From contig CALSSD010000013.1 in assembly GCA_943788915.1 (NCBI GenBank), forward strand, positions 186,001-250,000: 64,000 nt of DNA, written 5' to 3'. The position numbers were made by a program, and so were the translations under genes. Shown piece by piece: positions 20,814-30,571 of this stretch (position 1 is its first letter; the number at the start of each line of letters is the position of its first letter). The DNA comes from an uncultured Acidimicrobiales bacterium. Lineage in GTDB: Bacteria; Actinomycetota; Acidimicrobiia; Acidimicrobiales; UBA10347. The notes below the pieces were generated by a model. The model had not been told where the DNA came from and did no database searches. It saw only the letters and a list, made by a program, of their open reading frames with translations.

Positions 20814-21707
20814 ATGTCGCTCAAAATCACGCCACTAACACCGACGATCGGCGCAGAGATCGCTGGACTCAACATCCTCGCTATGAACGACGAAGAGTTC
20901 GCGACACTCTTTGACGCCTTCACTCGCCACTCCGTGGTCTTCTTACGCGACCAGCCAGCACTGACCGAAGAACAGCACTACGCGTTCGCTCGACGCTTTG
21001 GCGACGTTCACATCCATCCATTCGCTCGTCATGCAGAACCCGATCCCGACAATCTGCATCCCGGATTACTCCGTATGCACACCACGGTCGACACTCGAGT
21101 CGCGTCTGGTAATCGCTGGCATTCCGATGTGTCGTGTGATGACCGTCCACCCCAGGCATCGATCCTGCAGCTCCATCAGGTCCCGACCAGCGGCGGCGAC
21201 ACGTTGTTTGCCAGCCTCTATGCGGCGTATGACGCGCTGTCACCCCAGATGAAGCGTTATCTCGATGGTATGACTGCGCGTCACTCGGGCGAAGACTCCT
21301 ATCGCAAACTGTTCCAGAAGAAGATCGGCTTTGGGTCGACCTGGCCCGAGGCAGATCATCCAATCATTCGACGCCATAGCGATAGCGGGCGACCCGTGTT
21401 GTATGTGGATCGCGAGTTCACCGAATCGATCAACGGGCTGCCCAAGGAGGAAGGTCGGGCGCTGCTCGACTTCCTCATCGCTCACACTGAACGAGCGAAC
21501 TTCCAGTGCCGCTTCCAATGGACACAAAACGCGATCGCTATCTGGGATAACCGATGTGCGCTCCATCACGCGATATGGGACTATTGGCCACAGGAACGTC
21601 GCGGCCATCGGGTCAGTGTGCAAGGTGAGGTGCCCGTCATGTGGGACCTCGACACCGACTGCGTTCCCGAGACCATCGAACACAACACGGTCAAACTCAC
21701 TGCGTAA
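20814..21707 (+). CDS. TauD/TfdA family dioxygenase (paralog 2)
   Basis: ITPLTPTIGAEI, WHSDVS, GGDTLFAS, WDNRCALHHAIWDY. Confidence 0.92.
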   Translation: MSLKITPLTPTIGAEIAGLNILAMNDEEFATLFDAFTRHSVVFLRDQPALTEEQHYAFARRFGDVHIHPFARHAEPDPDNLHPGLLRMHTTVDTRVASGNRWHSDVSCDDRPPQASILQLHQVPTSGGDTLFASLYAAYDALSPQMKRYLDGMTARHSGEDSYRKLFQKKIGFGSTWPEADHPIIRRHSDSGRPVLYVDREFTESINGLPKEEGRALLDFLIAHTERANFQCRFQWTQNAIAIWDNRCALHHAIWDYWPQERRGHRVSVQGEVPVMWDLDTDCVPETIEHNTVKLTA

Positions 21708-21721
21708 CCTCACTGCGTAAC
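21696..21721 (+). repeat. 13-bp tandem duplication (CTCACTGCGTAAC x2) at the TauD stop codon
   Basis: ctcactgcgtaac ctcactgcgtaac. Confidence 0.8.
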
Positions 21722-21739
21722 GCAATGCTGCACCACCAG

Positions 21740-22050
21740 GCTTCCCGCGGCCGAACATGCCTCCTTGCAGTCGGAATGTCGCCAAGTACTTCAGGTACTG
21801 GGATGCCAACATTGCCACCAAAGTGGTGCGGGCAGGCCATCCACGGCACTCAGTAACGCAGCGCTCATCGCATTGTGTTCCCCAACCAGACTCGACTCGT
21901 AGACCGGCATGTTCGTCGCCATGCACCTCGATATCAAAGGCAAAAGTCACCCGTGAGAACCCGCCCGGCAATGCGGCCAACCCTCATTCTTGGATGCCCT
22001 CAACATCTACGAACACGCTCGCAAACGTCGACGCAAGTTGCTCGTCTCTC
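21740..22050 (-). pseudogene. Possible decayed APH-family phosphotransferase remnant
   Basis: LAALPGGFSRVTFAFDIEVHG resembles the APH Gly-rich loop (GGxSRxTxxFD); in-frame stop, catalytic core missing. Confidence 0.35.
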
Positions 22051-22196
22051 TGATCCCCCAATCAGCAGCCCACTTGTTGGGGCGTTCGGGTCAAGGTAGT
22101 TCGCTCTCCGTAGCGACGCACCGGAACGTGCTGTGTCACAAGCTGGGCCTGGCAACCGGCTGTGGCAACACTAAAACCGAGCCACCCGCATTGCTC

Positions 22197-23129
22197 ATGC
22201 CCTACCTTTGGCGAGTGCACAACCTCCGAGAAGAACAGCGATCTGGCCTTGCCGCTCTGCAAGCCGTCACGGCACTCCTGCAGCAACGGCGGAACAGCCA
22301 CCCCACCTATGGCTTGTACGAAGCCTGCGAGCTGCACTTCTGGTGGAGTAAACCTCGCAGCACCGACAGCCTTGGTCAACTCTTCTGGTTCGATGATCAT
22401 GGTCGGCCCGAAGCAGCGGCGGTCATGGCCGACTTCACCGACGGAGGTTCCTTGTTGTACGAGGACGTGACGTTCTTGCCCCTCTTTATGCCCGACTCAA
22501 GCCCGGAACTGGTGGCCCATGTCGTCGAACGAGGACTTGCCCTCGCCGCTGACCACGGCTTCCCTTCTGTCGAACTTGAGGTTGACAAAGCCGACGACGT
22601 CATGCACGGCGTATTGGCCAGTCACGGTTTCACGATAAAAGAGGAAGACATTCTGGCCGAGGCGTGGATGTCAACCGATACTCGCCCCCAGATCAGCACG
22701 CTGAACGACGGGTATCGATTGGTGTCGCGGGCCGAGACGACACCGCGACCGCATCACATGACCGAACGGAATCCGGCGTTCTCCGAGGACCGACTGCTCG
22801 AAACGTCGACCTATCGTCCCGACCTCGATCTGGTGGTGCTCGACCGCGACGACAACTACGCGGGGCATGGTCTGTTCTGGTACGACCCAATCACCGCTAC
22901 CGGCGTCGTCGAACCAATGCGCACCAAAGACGAACACCAGCAACAAGGGGTCGCTCGCCACATACTCACCGCTGGGCTTGACAGGCTTGCCAACGCTGGG
23001 GCCGAACGTGTCTCGATCGGCTACGAACCAGCCAACCCGGCGTCGGGCCATCTGTATCGCAGCGTCGGTTTCGAACCCATCAAATACACCGACCTGTTGT
23101 CGGGCCCCACCAGTTCAACACCGGTGTAG
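22197..23129 (+). CDS. GNAT family N-acetyltransferase
   Basis: VEPMRTKDEHQQQGVARHIL (motif A), NPASGHLYRSVGF; start uncertain. Confidence 0.85.
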   Translation: MPYLWRVHNLREEQRSGLAALQAVTALLQQRRNSHPTYGLYEACELHFWWSKPRSTDSLGQLFWFDDHGRPEAAAVMADFTDGGSLLYEDVTFLPLFMPDSSPELVAHVVERGLALAADHGFPSVELEVDKADDVMHGVLASHGFTIKEEDILAEAWMSTDTRPQISTLNDGYRLVSRAETTPRPHHMTERNPAFSEDRLLETSTYRPDLDLVVLDRDDNYAGHGLFWYDPITATGVVEPMRTKDEHQQQGVARHILTAGLDRLANAGAERVSIGYEPANPASGHLYRSVGFEPIKYTDLLSGPTSSTPV

Positions 23130-23144
23130 GCCCGACCTGTAGCG

Positions 23145-24365
23145 TCACTGTTCAAGCGTTGCTGCAACGATCTTGGTCAGGGCGTTCTCGACCACCGAGC
23201 GTGGGCAAGCCAGGTTGATCCGTACATGGCCGTCGGCATCGGCGATGAACTTGTGGCCGCCTTCGAGCAACACACCCGACCGCTCCGCGAAGTACCGGGT
23301 CAGGTCGACATCAGGTGAGAAATACGCTCGAAGGTCTATCCACGCAAGATAGGTCGCGCCAGGAATCCGGAACACAGCGTCGGGTAGCTGACCGGCGAGC
23401 GTGTCACGAACAAGCTCGAAGTTCGCATCGAGGTACAAATGAAGTTGTTCGAGCCACCGGTCACCATGGCGGAACACACCGGTTGCTGCCGCAGCGCTGA
23501 TCGGATTCACGACCGGAAACTTGCGACCGAGCCAAACGTCTCGAATCTCGGTATTCGGGATGATCACGTTGGCCATGCCCAGACCGGCCAGATTGAACGT
23601 CTTGCTCGATGACATACAGGTAATGATCTGGTCGGACTCGGGATACAACTTGGCCAGAGGTGTATGCGTGAGCCCCGTCCGAAGGAGATCGCAGTGGATC
23701 TCATCGGACACCACCATCACGTCATAGGCAAAACACAGCTCTGCCATGCGACGAAGCTCGTCCTCCGCCCATACTCGGCCGGTCGGGTTGTGCGGGTGGC
23801 ACAGAATGAAAAGCCGAAGGTCCGGATCGGCCAACTTCTTTTCGAACTCTTCGAAGTCGACGGTGTACCGACCGTCGTTCGACGCAACAAGCCTGCAGGT
23901 CACCAATTGATGTCCGTGTTTGGTGGCAGCAGTCTCGAAGGGGCCGTACGCAGGGCTGAGCGTGAGGACCTTCTCGCCCGGCTTCACTATGTATTCGACA
24001 AGGTCGTCGACGGCAGGCACGATGCCAGCCGAGGTCACGAAGTGTTCCCGTTCAGGAACCCACTCGTAGTGCCGCTCGCACCACCCGGCGAAGGCGTCAT
24101 ACAGCGAACCATCAAGCAACACGGTGTAGCCGAAGATCGGACGTTCGATCCGCTCTCGCATCGCGTCGACCGCTGCCGGAGGCGCTGCAAAGGCCATATC
24201 GGCCACCCACATCACGAGCGCATCATCGTCTGCGCATGGCATGACGACGTCTTCGCCATCGAACAGGTAGTCGCGAAAGCCGTCTGTGGCGATGGCGTTC
24301 ATTCCTCGGCGGTCGATGATTTGGTCGAAGTCGAAGCCAACGTCAAACCGTTTGTCCTGCATCAA
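23145..24365 (-). CDS. patB: MalY/PatB family PLP-dependent C-S lyase (cystathionine beta-lyase)
   Basis: MWVADMAF, LCHPHNPTGRVW, VSDEIHCDL, SSSKTFNLAGL, RINLACPR. Confidence 0.9.
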   Translation of the reverse strand: MMQDKRFDVGFDFDQIIDRRGMNAIATDGFRDYLFDGEDVVMPCADDDALVMWVADMAFAAPPAAVDAMRERIERPIFGYTVLLDGSLYDAFAGWCERHYEWVPEREHFVTSAGIVPAVDDLVEYIVKPGEKVLTLSPAYGPFETAATKHGHQLVTCRLVASNDGRYTVDFEEFEKKLADPDLRLFILCHPHNPTGRVWAEDELRRMAELCFAYDVMVVSDEIHCDLLRTGLTHTPLAKLYPESDQIITCMSSSKTFNLAGLGMANVIIPNTEIRDVWLGRKFPVVNPISAAAATGVFRHGDRWLEQLHLYLDANFELVRDTLAGQLPDAVFRIPGATYLAWIDLRAYFSPDVDLTRYFAERSGVLLEGGHKFIADADGHVRINLACPRSVVENALTKIVAATLEQ

Positions 24366-24421
24366 AGCAGTTTAAGAGCACAACCCCATCGAACGAGCCC
24401 CTACCCTCGGTCACTATCCCG

Positions 24422-25348
24422 ATGGACCACGACATACGTTCCCCCAAACCGCCTCTGCGCCCCGTATCGCTCGTGCGTTGGTTGTGGCAGCTGGCCAAGG
24501 ACATCGCCCACGAATACAACACTGACGGTATTGGTGACGTGGCAGCAGCGATTACGTTCTGGACGATTCTTTCGGTGCCAGCAGCCGTGCTTGCCCTGGT
24601 CAGTGCACTGAGCTCGTTGGAGTCGGTCCTTGGGACCTCAGCCGCGAACGATGTCGAAGTCGAGGTGACCGAGTTCATAGCGGCCACGTTCACTGACTCG
24701 GCGACTCTCAGCGAGACCGTGAGTGAACTGTTCAACAGCTCGAGTGGCGGCGTGGCCACGGTCGCGACGCTGGTGGCATTGTTCACATTGTCCCGGGCAT
24801 TCGCCGGCCTGATTCGAGCACTCGACATCGCGTACGAAGTCGACGAAGGCCGTCCGTGGTGGTTCATCCGTCTCGTCGCCATCGGGCTCGGAGTCGGCAC
24901 GATTGTGGTTGTGTCCACGGGCGCAACCTTGCTCGCAGTGTTGCCGCGCCTTCCCTTCGACGGCCTTCTCCGACTGCTTGCGGTGCCGGCCGTTCTCATA
25001 GGACTCGTTATGTGGGCAGCAACGCTCTTTCACCTCGGGCCCAACCATCGAACACCATGGCGTTATGACCTACCTGGCGCCATCGTCACGATGGTGGGCT
25101 GGGTTGCTGCATCGCAGGGTTTCGCGCTCTACGTGCGAGCAGCCGGACTTGGCACTCAGGTACAGACAAGTGTCGGTGCCATTTTGTTGGCCCTGAGTTT
25201 GATGTACGTGTTGAGCATCGTCCTGCTGATTGGCGCCGAGCTCAACGATGTCATTGCCCGCCGCGCTGGGGTCGTCCAACAGCCACGATCGGTCCGGGCC
25301 GGAGCGTCTTCTGTCCGCAACGCGTTCACATCACGCAAAGGACCGTGA
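24422..25348 (+). CDS. YihY/virulence factor BrkB family membrane protein
   Basis: AAAITFWTILS, ALDIAYEVDEGRPWW, LPGAIVT, LLIGAELN. Confidence 0.9.
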   Translation: MDHDIRSPKPPLRPVSLVRWLWQLAKDIAHEYNTDGIGDVAAAITFWTILSVPAAVLALVSALSSLESVLGTSAANDVEVEVTEFIAATFTDSATLSETVSELFNSSSGGVATVATLVALFTLSRAFAGLIRALDIAYEVDEGRPWWFIRLVAIGLGVGTIVVVSTGATLLAVLPRLPFDGLLRLLAVPAVLIGLVMWAATLFHLGPNHRTPWRYDLPGAIVTMVGWVAASQGFALYVRAAGLGTQVQTSVGAILLALSLMYVLSIVLLIGAELNDVIARRAGVVQQPRSVRAGASSVRNAFTSRKGP

Positions 25349-25379
25349 TCGTTCTGCCCATATGAGCGGCCAGCACGGT

Positions 25380-25841
25380 CAAGGGTTACGCGGTCGCTGG
25401 TTACCCGGTCGGACGGTTGACGGTCAGAGCTCACCCGAAGTGAGGAGATCCACAGGGTCCGCGGTCACGAAGGTTGGTGACTTGCTGGCCAAGCCGGTGA
25501 CATTGCCGGCCCCGCTCGATCTCGACCAACCGCCGGTTCAGGATCGACATCGACACCTGGGTGCCCTCGTCCAGGAACCAGTTGTCAAAGATACTTCCGT
25601 AGTCGGGTTCGGTCGCCCCGGTCACCGACCGCATGGTCTTGGATGTCAGCCCGGCCTTGTGGCCCTTCACAACCCGGCCAGCCGAGACCTGGAGATCCGT
25701 GACGTACTGCCCAATGGCATAGGCATTGTCGATGTCGGCCCCGTCGTAGGTCAGCGTGGTCGGTTCCATCCACTCGCGGGTCAACTCGGCGTGGAACAGC
25801 GCTTCGGCCGCCTCTTGTCGTTGTGCATCCATCATTGCCAT
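25380..25841 (-). pseudogene. Truncated 2-keto-4-pentenoate hydratase (MhpD/HpaH, FAA hydrolase family)
   Basis: AYAIGQ, VKGHKAGLTSKTM, EPDYGSIFD, VEIE, after which the frame breaks down; C-terminal half missing or decayed. Confidence 0.75.
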
Positions 25842-26000
25842 GATCGATGTCCTCTCGTTCGCTCCCGGTGTTGCTGAGTACTCCGTGTCGCCGCATAGTC
25901 ATTGCGGTTGCACAGTCAGCTGACGAGTCGGCTGGCGTGCTCAAATGGCAGCAGAGGGAGGCGCTCGAGCTCATCGAACGATGGCACTACGCTGCCTTTG

Positions 26001-26903
26001 ATGCAGCTTCCTTCCGTTGCCGACGACGCCCAGTTCGACGCGCTCATGGCCGATCCTGACCAGGTTGCTCGCTGCCTTGAATATGCGGCTACGGCGCTTG
26101 GGGTAGCACCGGTGTCGACGCCAGTTCGAGGTTCGGCCCTGATCGGTTTGAGCGAGTCATCGGTGATCAAGTTGATGGCGCCGTTCGACAACCAGCTCGC
26201 TTCGGTGGAACAGGTGTGTCTTCGCACGCTCCATGGAGCGTTGCCGGTCGCCACACCCAGACTCATCGACAGCGGAACACTCGATGGATGGAGTTATGTC
26301 CACATGACACGGCTGCCCGGTGTTGAGCTCAAAGAGTGCTGGCCGACTCTCGGCAGCCGCCACAAACTGTCGATCGCGACCCAGCTCGGCGAGTGTCTGC
26401 CGATACTGCATCAACTCCCGGCACCGGCCGAGATTCCACGCTGCGACTGGTCGAGTTGGGCTACCAACCGGGTCGTAAACATCCACGACTATCTGCGGGA
26501 TGTCCCCCCGGCGTGGGCCGATGTTGTGCCACAGGTGCTCGAATCTGCGGACCTCTCGGCAGGACAACAAGGATGGCTGCACACCGAGGTCATGCTCGAA
26601 CATCTGCTCGTCCAAGTCGACGGCGACAAGGTGCACCTGTCGGGCTTGTTTGACTTTGAGCCGTCGTGGGTTGCGCCGGTCCACTACGAATACGCATCCA
26701 TAGCCATGTTCGTCAGCGCCGGCGACAGGTCGATCCTGTCCGAAGTACTACGCGCGTCGCACCAGACGGTCAGCCCAGAGCGGCTGTTCGCGATGGCCAT
26801 GATGCATCGGTACGGAAAACTCGCCTGGTACAAACAACGCCTCGGGGGACCCGACGATCTCCAAACATGGATCCAAACGTTCTTCAGCACGGACACGCTT
26901 TGA
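26001..26903 (+). CDS. APH-family phosphotransferase (hygromycin-kinase-like subfamily)
   Basis: VATPRLIDSG, GWSYVHMTRLPG, WLHTEVMLEHLLV, LSGLFDFEP. Confidence 0.78.
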   Translation: MQLPSVADDAQFDALMADPDQVARCLEYAATALGVAPVSTPVRGSALIGLSESSVIKLMAPFDNQLASVEQVCLRTLHGALPVATPRLIDSGTLDGWSYVHMTRLPGVELKECWPTLGSRHKLSIATQLGECLPILHQLPAPAEIPRCDWSSWATNRVVNIHDYLRDVPPAWADVVPQVLESADLSAGQQGWLHTEVMLEHLLVQVDGDKVHLSGLFDFEPSWVAPVHYEYASIAMFVSAGDRSILSEVLRASHQTVSPERLFAMAMMHRYGKLAWYKQRLGGPDDLQTWIQTFFSTDTL

Positions 26904-27006
26904 AGCGGGCATGGAAGCCGACCGCCTCACCAGTTAGCCCCGCTCACGGATGACGACGGGGTTTGTGAAGTGCTCGACGTGGGTAGATACGTCGACGTCG
27001 GTCATC

Positions 27007-27110
27007 GGGTAGTTCAGTGCCTCGCTAATGATGTCCTCGGCCACCCAATCCTCTACGCACCCGTATGGGGTGATTCAGGGCTTCAGTAGTGATGTCCTCG
27101 GCAACCCGAT
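27007..27110. repeat. Imperfect 43-bp direct repeat, two copies 61 nt apart
   Basis: 27007-27049 vs 27068-27110 match at 34/43 positions, with exact core TGATGTCCTCGGC. Confidence 0.6.
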
Positions 27111-27136
27111 ATGCGGCGCATTCGAACACAGCGGGC

Positions 27137-27797
27137 TCAGCCGCCGATGGCTCGCAGGATGTCGAGTTTGGCAGCACGCCGTGCCGTTAACGTCGCAGCC
27201 AGCACACCTGCGACCCAGCGCCGCGATCGCGGTTGCACCAGCACCGACGAGTATCGCCATGCACCTCGTTCGGATCGAGAAGGCGACCGGCCCGGTCGGG
27301 ATCGAGATGCCAACGGCGGCCAAGACCTGCTTGAGGAACGCCGCCACCCCCAGGCCACCGAGTAGCCCAACGATCGACGCAATCACGCCTACGATCACGG
27401 CCTCGAGTAGTACGGAACCGAGAACCTGTCTGCGGCTTGCACCTAGGGCGCGTAACAGTCCCAGCTCCTTCGAACGCTGTGCAACCACGATCGAGAACGT
27501 GTCGAAGATAATAAACGAGGCGACAAACAAGGCAATGGCAGCGAAAATCAGCATGAACGTGTTCAAGAAGGAAAGTGCGTCGGCTACCTCGTTCCGGCTC
27601 TCCTCGGTCAGGCCCTCACCGCTGATGACCTCGAACGTGCTGGGCAGCGTTGTGTCGACACGGTCGCGCAGCGCCTCCTGGCTGACGCCGGCCGCTGCGA
27701 CAAGGTCGATCGTGTTAGCCCGACCTGGTTCGACCTGTACCTCCTGAGCGGTCACTAGATCAAAGAGCGACATCGACGCTCCGGGCAGTGAAAACAC
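27137..27797 (-). pseudogene. FtsX-like ABC transporter permease remnant with internal deletion
   Basis: FAAIALFVASFIIFDTFSIVVAQRSKELGLLRALGASRRQV joined, in another frame, to C-terminal LAATLTARRAAKLDILRAI; N-terminus absent. Confidence 0.75.
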
Positions 27798-27920
27798 AGG
27801 TAATTCGGGTCGCTGCCAGAATCAGATTCTGGTGACGGAAGCTGTGGATCTCAATGCAGGTGCGCTCCATGCGCAGACAGGACAACGCTCCGATCACCCG
27901 GGCACCCGAGCCAGAACGCG

Positions 27921-29138
27921 TTACGGGCCGAAGAGGTCGAGTGTGACTGCTTCGATCTGGCCCGCGTCGTCGATGAAGAAATCGATGGTCCACCATCCGA
28001 GGCAGCTGGTGGCTGTTGTTGGTTGCATACTGACCCGGCGATGGTCCTCAAGACCATCCGGTGCAGGTTCGGGTGGCGCAACGCAGCGAGCGTGGGCGCC
28101 CAGGGTGACAGCGAACGGTTCGGACACGACATCGAGTGCGGAGAACGGCCCGGCGTATCCCCGGAATTCCTCCCGAGCGATGGACCACATTGCGGCATCA
28201 GCAAGGCCGTCGCGATCCACCGTTCGCATGATGTCTGGACCCAGACCCAACATGACGGTTTCTGCGAAGGCCACCGCGTTTACGGTGTCGCTTGCCGGGT
28301 TGGCGGCAAGCACGACGAAAGCGTCCACCAGACCGACATCGGCTGGTGTTGGTTTGATCGTCTCGTCGTTGAAGTCGACGATGAAACGCTCGCCGTCGAA
28401 ACGACCGGCGATCTCGACATGGCTCGGCGTCCATCGCACGTCACCTGCGGAGTCCATTTCGACAGTGAGCCGATCAGGGTTGGCAATAACAACCCATGTG
28501 CCGCCGCATTGGGCTGGGAACGATTCCAACAACAGCTCGCACAGACGGGCTCGGCCACGGTCCCAGACCACCGCTCCTCGCACCGTCGCCTCCGGTAGAA
28601 CTTCGCCAGGGACAAGCATCGAGACGTCGATCACATCGCCGCCCGGCTCGTTGGCCGGCGAGGTCGGTGCAGTAGCCGTCGCTAGTGGTCGGACCTCGGA
28701 GGTATCTCTGAGTGGTGGCCATGCGGCACCGTCAATACGAATGATGTACTCGACCACGCGATCAGGGACCGGCAGCTCTTCGAACGAGCGCACATATTCG
28801 AGGCGAAGAATCCCTGCCCCTGAGGACCCTGCCTCAAACGTGAACACTTCGAACCCGGCCGCCCCCACGACTTCGGTGTTGTCTGCGTCTTCGTACGACC
28901 GCAGCTGGAACTCGGCGATATCTGGGACCGACATCTCGGCGATCTCCCATTGGTAGCCGGTGCTCGGGTTCGAGCCGAGGCGCACCACGAACTCTTCGCC
29001 TGCTGACAGGCTCACTTCGTTGGTGGAATCGGCTTCGGTTAGCACCGTGCCCACCGCATCCTCGCCGCTGTCACTCGCACACGCGGTCATGAAGCCCAGA
29101 ACGAGCGCGGCGGTAAGAACGAAACGTTGCAGATTCAT
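27921..29138 (-). CDS. Lipoprotein with chagasin-like (I42) protease inhibitor domain plus uncharacterised C-terminal domains
   Basis: Lipobox FMTAC; LGSNPSTGYQW and VGAAGFEVFTFEA...LRLEYVRSFE chagasin motifs. Confidence 0.8.
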   Translation of the reverse strand: MNLQRFVLTAALVLGFMTACASDSGEDAVGTVLTEADSTNEVSLSAGEEFVVRLGSNPSTGYQWEIAEMSVPDIAEFQLRSYEDADNTEVVGAAGFEVFTFEAGSSGAGILRLEYVRSFEELPVPDRVVEYIIRIDGAAWPPLRDTSEVRPLATATAPTSPANEPGGDVIDVSMLVPGEVLPEATVRGAVVWDRGRARLCELLLESFPAQCGGTWVVIANPDRLTVEMDSAGDVRWTPSHVEIAGRFDGERFIVDFNDETIKPTPADVGLVDAFVVLAANPASDTVNAVAFAETVMLGLGPDIMRTVDRDGLADAAMWSIAREEFRGYAGPFSALDVVSEPFAVTLGAHARCVAPPEPAPDGLEDHRRVSMQPTTATSCLGWWTIDFFIDDAGQIEAVTLDLFGP

Positions 29139-29262
29139 GTGTCGAATGTTGCTCGCTGCAACCTGCCGGGACTAGGGAGAAACGTCCCTTTCCGCCGATT
29201 CGCGGGTTGCACGGCACAACGGCTGTAAAAGCGGCAACGAACCAATGCACTAACTTCGGCAC

Positions 29263-30498
29263 ATGACCGACAGCGAAACCGGCGTGGAGATCCGAACCGA
29301 TCAAGGAACGGCCTACGGCTTGACCCCCGGCTCCCATGACCCCGACCTGACCGAAGTTGGGGCGGGTTCCCCTATGGGCGAACTGATGCGCAGGTACTGG
29401 CATCCGATCAGCCTGAGCGAAGACGCGACCGACCTTCCAGCCGCAGTCCGCATACTCGGCGAGGACCTGATCCTGTTTCGATCGACCGATGGTCAGCCCG
29501 GACTGGTGCACCCCCGATGTGTCCACCGCGGTTCATCGTTGCTCTACGGCCGCGTCGACGATCACGGTATTCGCTGCTGCTATCACGGCTGGGCGTTCGA
29601 TACCGAGGGCAACTGCACCGACCAGCCATGTGAACCCCAGAACGGCGCCAATCGCGACAAATTCCGCCAACCGTGGTACCCGGTCGAAGAACGTTATGGC
29701 CTGATCTGGGCATACCTCGGGCCCCCGGAAAAGAAGCCACTTCTCCCCCGGTACAGCACGTTCGAGGACCTGGGCGACGACGAACACATTTTCACAGACG
29801 ACAAGAACATCGGCAGCGGCCGCTACTTCTCCGGCATCGTTCCGTTCAACTGGCTCCAACATTTCGAGAACATTCTCGACACAGCGCACTTCTACTGGCT
29901 GCACTTCTTTCACTCCGGACCACAATTCGGTTCGCGTTATGGCGAGTTCGATGTCCTTGACTTTCAGCCATGGGAGAAGCTCGGAGGCCTGGAGTGGAAT
30001 ATCACCACGACCGGCGTCGCTGTGGACCGAAGCGCCGAAATCCCCGATGGCCGGGTGCTCCACACGACCACTGAAACCGTTTTGCCTGGGGTTCGTGGTG
30101 TCTCCAATCCTTTTGGCGATCCAGGTCCCACCGACTCGCTCGGTTTCGTGGTGCCCGTCGATGACACCAACTTCAAGATCTTCACCGTGCTTAGAGGAAA
30201 GGACCGATCGTTCTTCGAACGCATCGAATCGATGCGCCGTCCGGGCGCCGACCCACACGCTGATCCAAGCCAGGCGCAGCGGTTCCCCGGCGACTGGGAA
30301 GCCCAGGGCAGCCAGGGCGCCATCACCCTGCACTCCGAAGAACACCTGGCTTCGAGCGATCGTGGTGTGCGTATGCTCCGTCGATTGTTGCGTGACCAGA
30401 TGACCGTTGTCGCCGATGGTGGCAACCCGCTCAACGTGGCCTTCGAAGCGGGCAACGAAGTTGTGCAGATCAAAGCCGGGCAGTACTTCCAGAAGTAG
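29263..30498 (+). CDS. Rieske non-heme iron oxygenase alpha subunit (phthalate 4,5-dioxygenase-like)
   Basis: GELMRRYWHP, CVHRG...CCYHGW, ENILDTAHFYWLH, EHLASSDRGV. Confidence 0.9.
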   Translation: MTDSETGVEIRTDQGTAYGLTPGSHDPDLTEVGAGSPMGELMRRYWHPISLSEDATDLPAAVRILGEDLILFRSTDGQPGLVHPRCVHRGSSLLYGRVDDHGIRCCYHGWAFDTEGNCTDQPCEPQNGANRDKFRQPWYPVEERYGLIWAYLGPPEKKPLLPRYSTFEDLGDDEHIFTDDKNIGSGRYFSGIVPFNWLQHFENILDTAHFYWLHFFHSGPQFGSRYGEFDVLDFQPWEKLGGLEWNITTTGVAVDRSAEIPDGRVLHTTTETVLPGVRGVSNPFGDPGPTDSLGFVVPVDDTNFKIFTVLRGKDRSFFERIESMRRPGADPHADPSQAQRFPGDWEAQGSQGAITLHSEEHLASSDRGVRMLRRLLRDQMTVVADGGNPLNVAFEAGNEVVQIKAGQYFQK

Positions 30499-30571
30499 CC
30501 CCGGCGAAAGAGTGCGGAAGAGTCCAACGCTGGGGCGATGGTCTGCGCCGCTCCAGCACTAGGTTGCCGCA

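Noticed and set aside
26001..26903. Bona fide aminoglycoside resistance gene
   Set aside because: Only a family-level APH fold. The catalytic loop is HTE rather than HGD, and the substrate cannot be inferred.
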